32,000 bases of DNA from Zestosphaera tikiterensis (lineage in GTDB: Archaea > Thermoproteota > Thermoprotei_A > Sulfolobales > NBVN01), in the NCBI GenBank assembly GCA_003056265.1, contig NBVN01000002.1:240001-272000 (forward strand), read 5' to 3'. Made by a program: the position numbers and the translations under genes. The stretch's first letter is position 1. Every line of letters starts with the position of its first letter. Below the pieces are notes generated by a model. The model saw only the letters and a program-made list of their open reading frames with translations. It was not told the origin of the DNA and searched no databases. Below are positions 31,067 through 32,000 of this stretch, piece by piece.

Positions 31067-32000
31067 TTATATAGGTAGTACTGTAGTGCCTGCGTTGCCT
31101 TTAACTACGTCATACCCTTGATATAGATGTCCTATAGCAGCTCTCTTACCTCCATGCTTTATAAATCTAATAGCTGCTAAAACCTTCGGGCCCATAGATC
31201 CTGGTGGGAAGTAACCCTCCCTATAGTACTTCTCAAGTTCTGAAACCATAACTACATCAAGTTTTTTCTGATCTGGCTTACCGAAGTTCAGGTAAACTCC
31301 ATCAACGTCTGTTAATATTACGAAGGTTCCAGCACCTATGGATGTAGCCAAAACCTCACCTGCTAAGTCTTTATCTATGACTGCCTCAACACCTTCTAAC
31401 TCGCCGTTTTCCTTCCTAACGACAGGTATTCCACCACCACCTGACGCAACAACGATCCAACCGTCATCTAGTAACTTCCTCACCGCCTGAACCTCTACGT
31501 TAGCGAAGGGATCTGGGGATGGTACGACTCTCCTATAACCTCCTCTAGGATCCGGCTTAAAGACCCATCCCTTCTCAGCAGCAAGTTTTTTAGCTTCTTC
31601 TTCAGTATACCAACTCCCTACGAATTTAGTTGGGTTTTTCCACGCGGGGTCGTCCCTACTTACCTCAACTTGATTAACTATAGCCACAACGCCTTTAACG
31701 TGGTCTTTAATTCCTTCTCTAATGAGTAAATTTGAAATCGCTTGAGTTAGTAGATACCCTAACCAACCCTGCGTCATAGCCCCCGCTATATCCATAGTTA
31801 AAGGCGGTATCTTATCTTTAGAACGTTCCATCCACTCCAACACTATACCCACTTGCGGTCCGTTGCCATGCGTAACCGCTACTTTATATCCTTCCTTAAC
31901 GATCTTAACTATGGTTTCAGCTGCTTTATACGCGTTGCGCCAGTAGTCTTCAGGAGTTCCTTTATCTCCTTTGGTTTGGAAGGCGTTACCGCCTAAAGCA
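31067..32000 (-). CDS. arcC: Carbamate kinase; 5' end runs off the right edge of the window
   Basis: The track ORF starts at an internal GTG (31852). The same frame is open to the window edge and encodes ALGGNAFQTKGDKGTPEDYWRNAYKAAETIVKIVKEGYKVAVTHGNGPQVGIVLEW.... ALGGNA and THGNGPQVG are hallmark carbamate kinase motifs. Downstream SGGGGIPV and GPKVLAAIRF also fit. Confidence 0.88.
   Translation of the reverse strand, partial: ALGGNAFQTKGDKGTPEDYWRNAYKAAETIVKIVKEGYKVAVTHGNGPQVGIVLEWMERSKDKIPPLTMDIAGAMTQGWLGYLLTQAISNLLIREGIKDHVKGVVAIVNQVEVSRDDPAWKNPTKFVGSWYTEEEAKKLAAEKGWVFKPDPRGGYRRVVPSPDPFANVEVQAVRKLLDDGWIVVASGGGGIPVVRKENGELEGVEAVIDKDLAGEVLATSIGAGTFVILTDVDGVYLNFGKPDQKKLDVVMVSELEKYYREGYFPPGSMGPKVLAAIRFIKHGGKRAAIGHLYQGYDVVKGNAGTTVLPI

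Noticed and set aside
1-32000. CRISPR arrays, transposases/IS elements, integrases, toxin-antitoxin or other defence islands
   Set aside because: Apart from the 47-nt paralog tract, I found no direct-repeat/spacer periodicity, no terminal inverted repeats flanking an ORF, and no nuclease/ATPase gene combinations typical of defence systems. Gene content is core housekeeping and metabolism throughout.

Overview
This looks like an AT-rich (about 40% GC) archaeal chromosome segment, most likely from a hyperthermophilic crenarchaeote (TACK). The evidence is Nop5 with fibrillarin, Trm1, ribosomal proteins S8e and S30e, a TFE-beta-like Fe-S winged-helix protein, a GPN-loop GTPase, tungsten AOR, an intron-containing tRNA-Tyr, frequent GTG/TTG starts, and TATA boxes about 25-30 nt upstream of start codons (leaderless style). 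The window is densely packed with core genes. I see no CRISPR array, transposase, integrase or recognisable defence system.

Gene content, left to right:
- a partial membrane transporter gene (missing from the ORF track)
- a methanopterin-type pterin biosynthesis trio (DUF447-like, MptE-like, beta-RFAP synthase-like)
- a minus-strand run of information-processing genes (trm1, rps8e, tfeB-like, THEP1 NTPase, COG1395-type HTH, fibrillarin, nop5), with rps30e on the opposite strand
- a DUF373-like membrane protein, a coiled-coil protein, ACD beta subunit and a GPN GTPase
- a Cmo-like radical SAM enzyme next to AOR
- a phosphoribosyltransferase, an ESCRT-III-like helical protein, tRNA-Tyr(GUA) with a 45-nt intron, and PRPP synthetase
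- IleRS, a PfkB kinase and two tandem eIF2B-family paralogs
- a short beta-CASP nuclease
- a co-directional ThrC-like / PreA-like / SsnA-like / carbamate kinase cluster

Most interesting observations:
1. The arcC-ssnA-preA-like-PLP cluster resembles bacterial anaerobic N-heterocycle catabolic neighbourhoods.
2. The THEP1 NTPase has its essential P-loop upstream of any ATG/GTG/TTG. Candidate explanations are an SD-like GAGGG placed 6 nt before an ACG codon, or a CUU-UAG-A junction with the upstream gene.
3. Two GC-rich non-coding islands carry K-turn-like UGAUGA motifs and are candidate structured ncRNAs.
4. A 47-nt perfectly identical tract is shared by the two diverged eIF2B-family paralogs, suggesting gene conversion.

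All functional calls rest on my reading of motifs in the translations. No database search was run.
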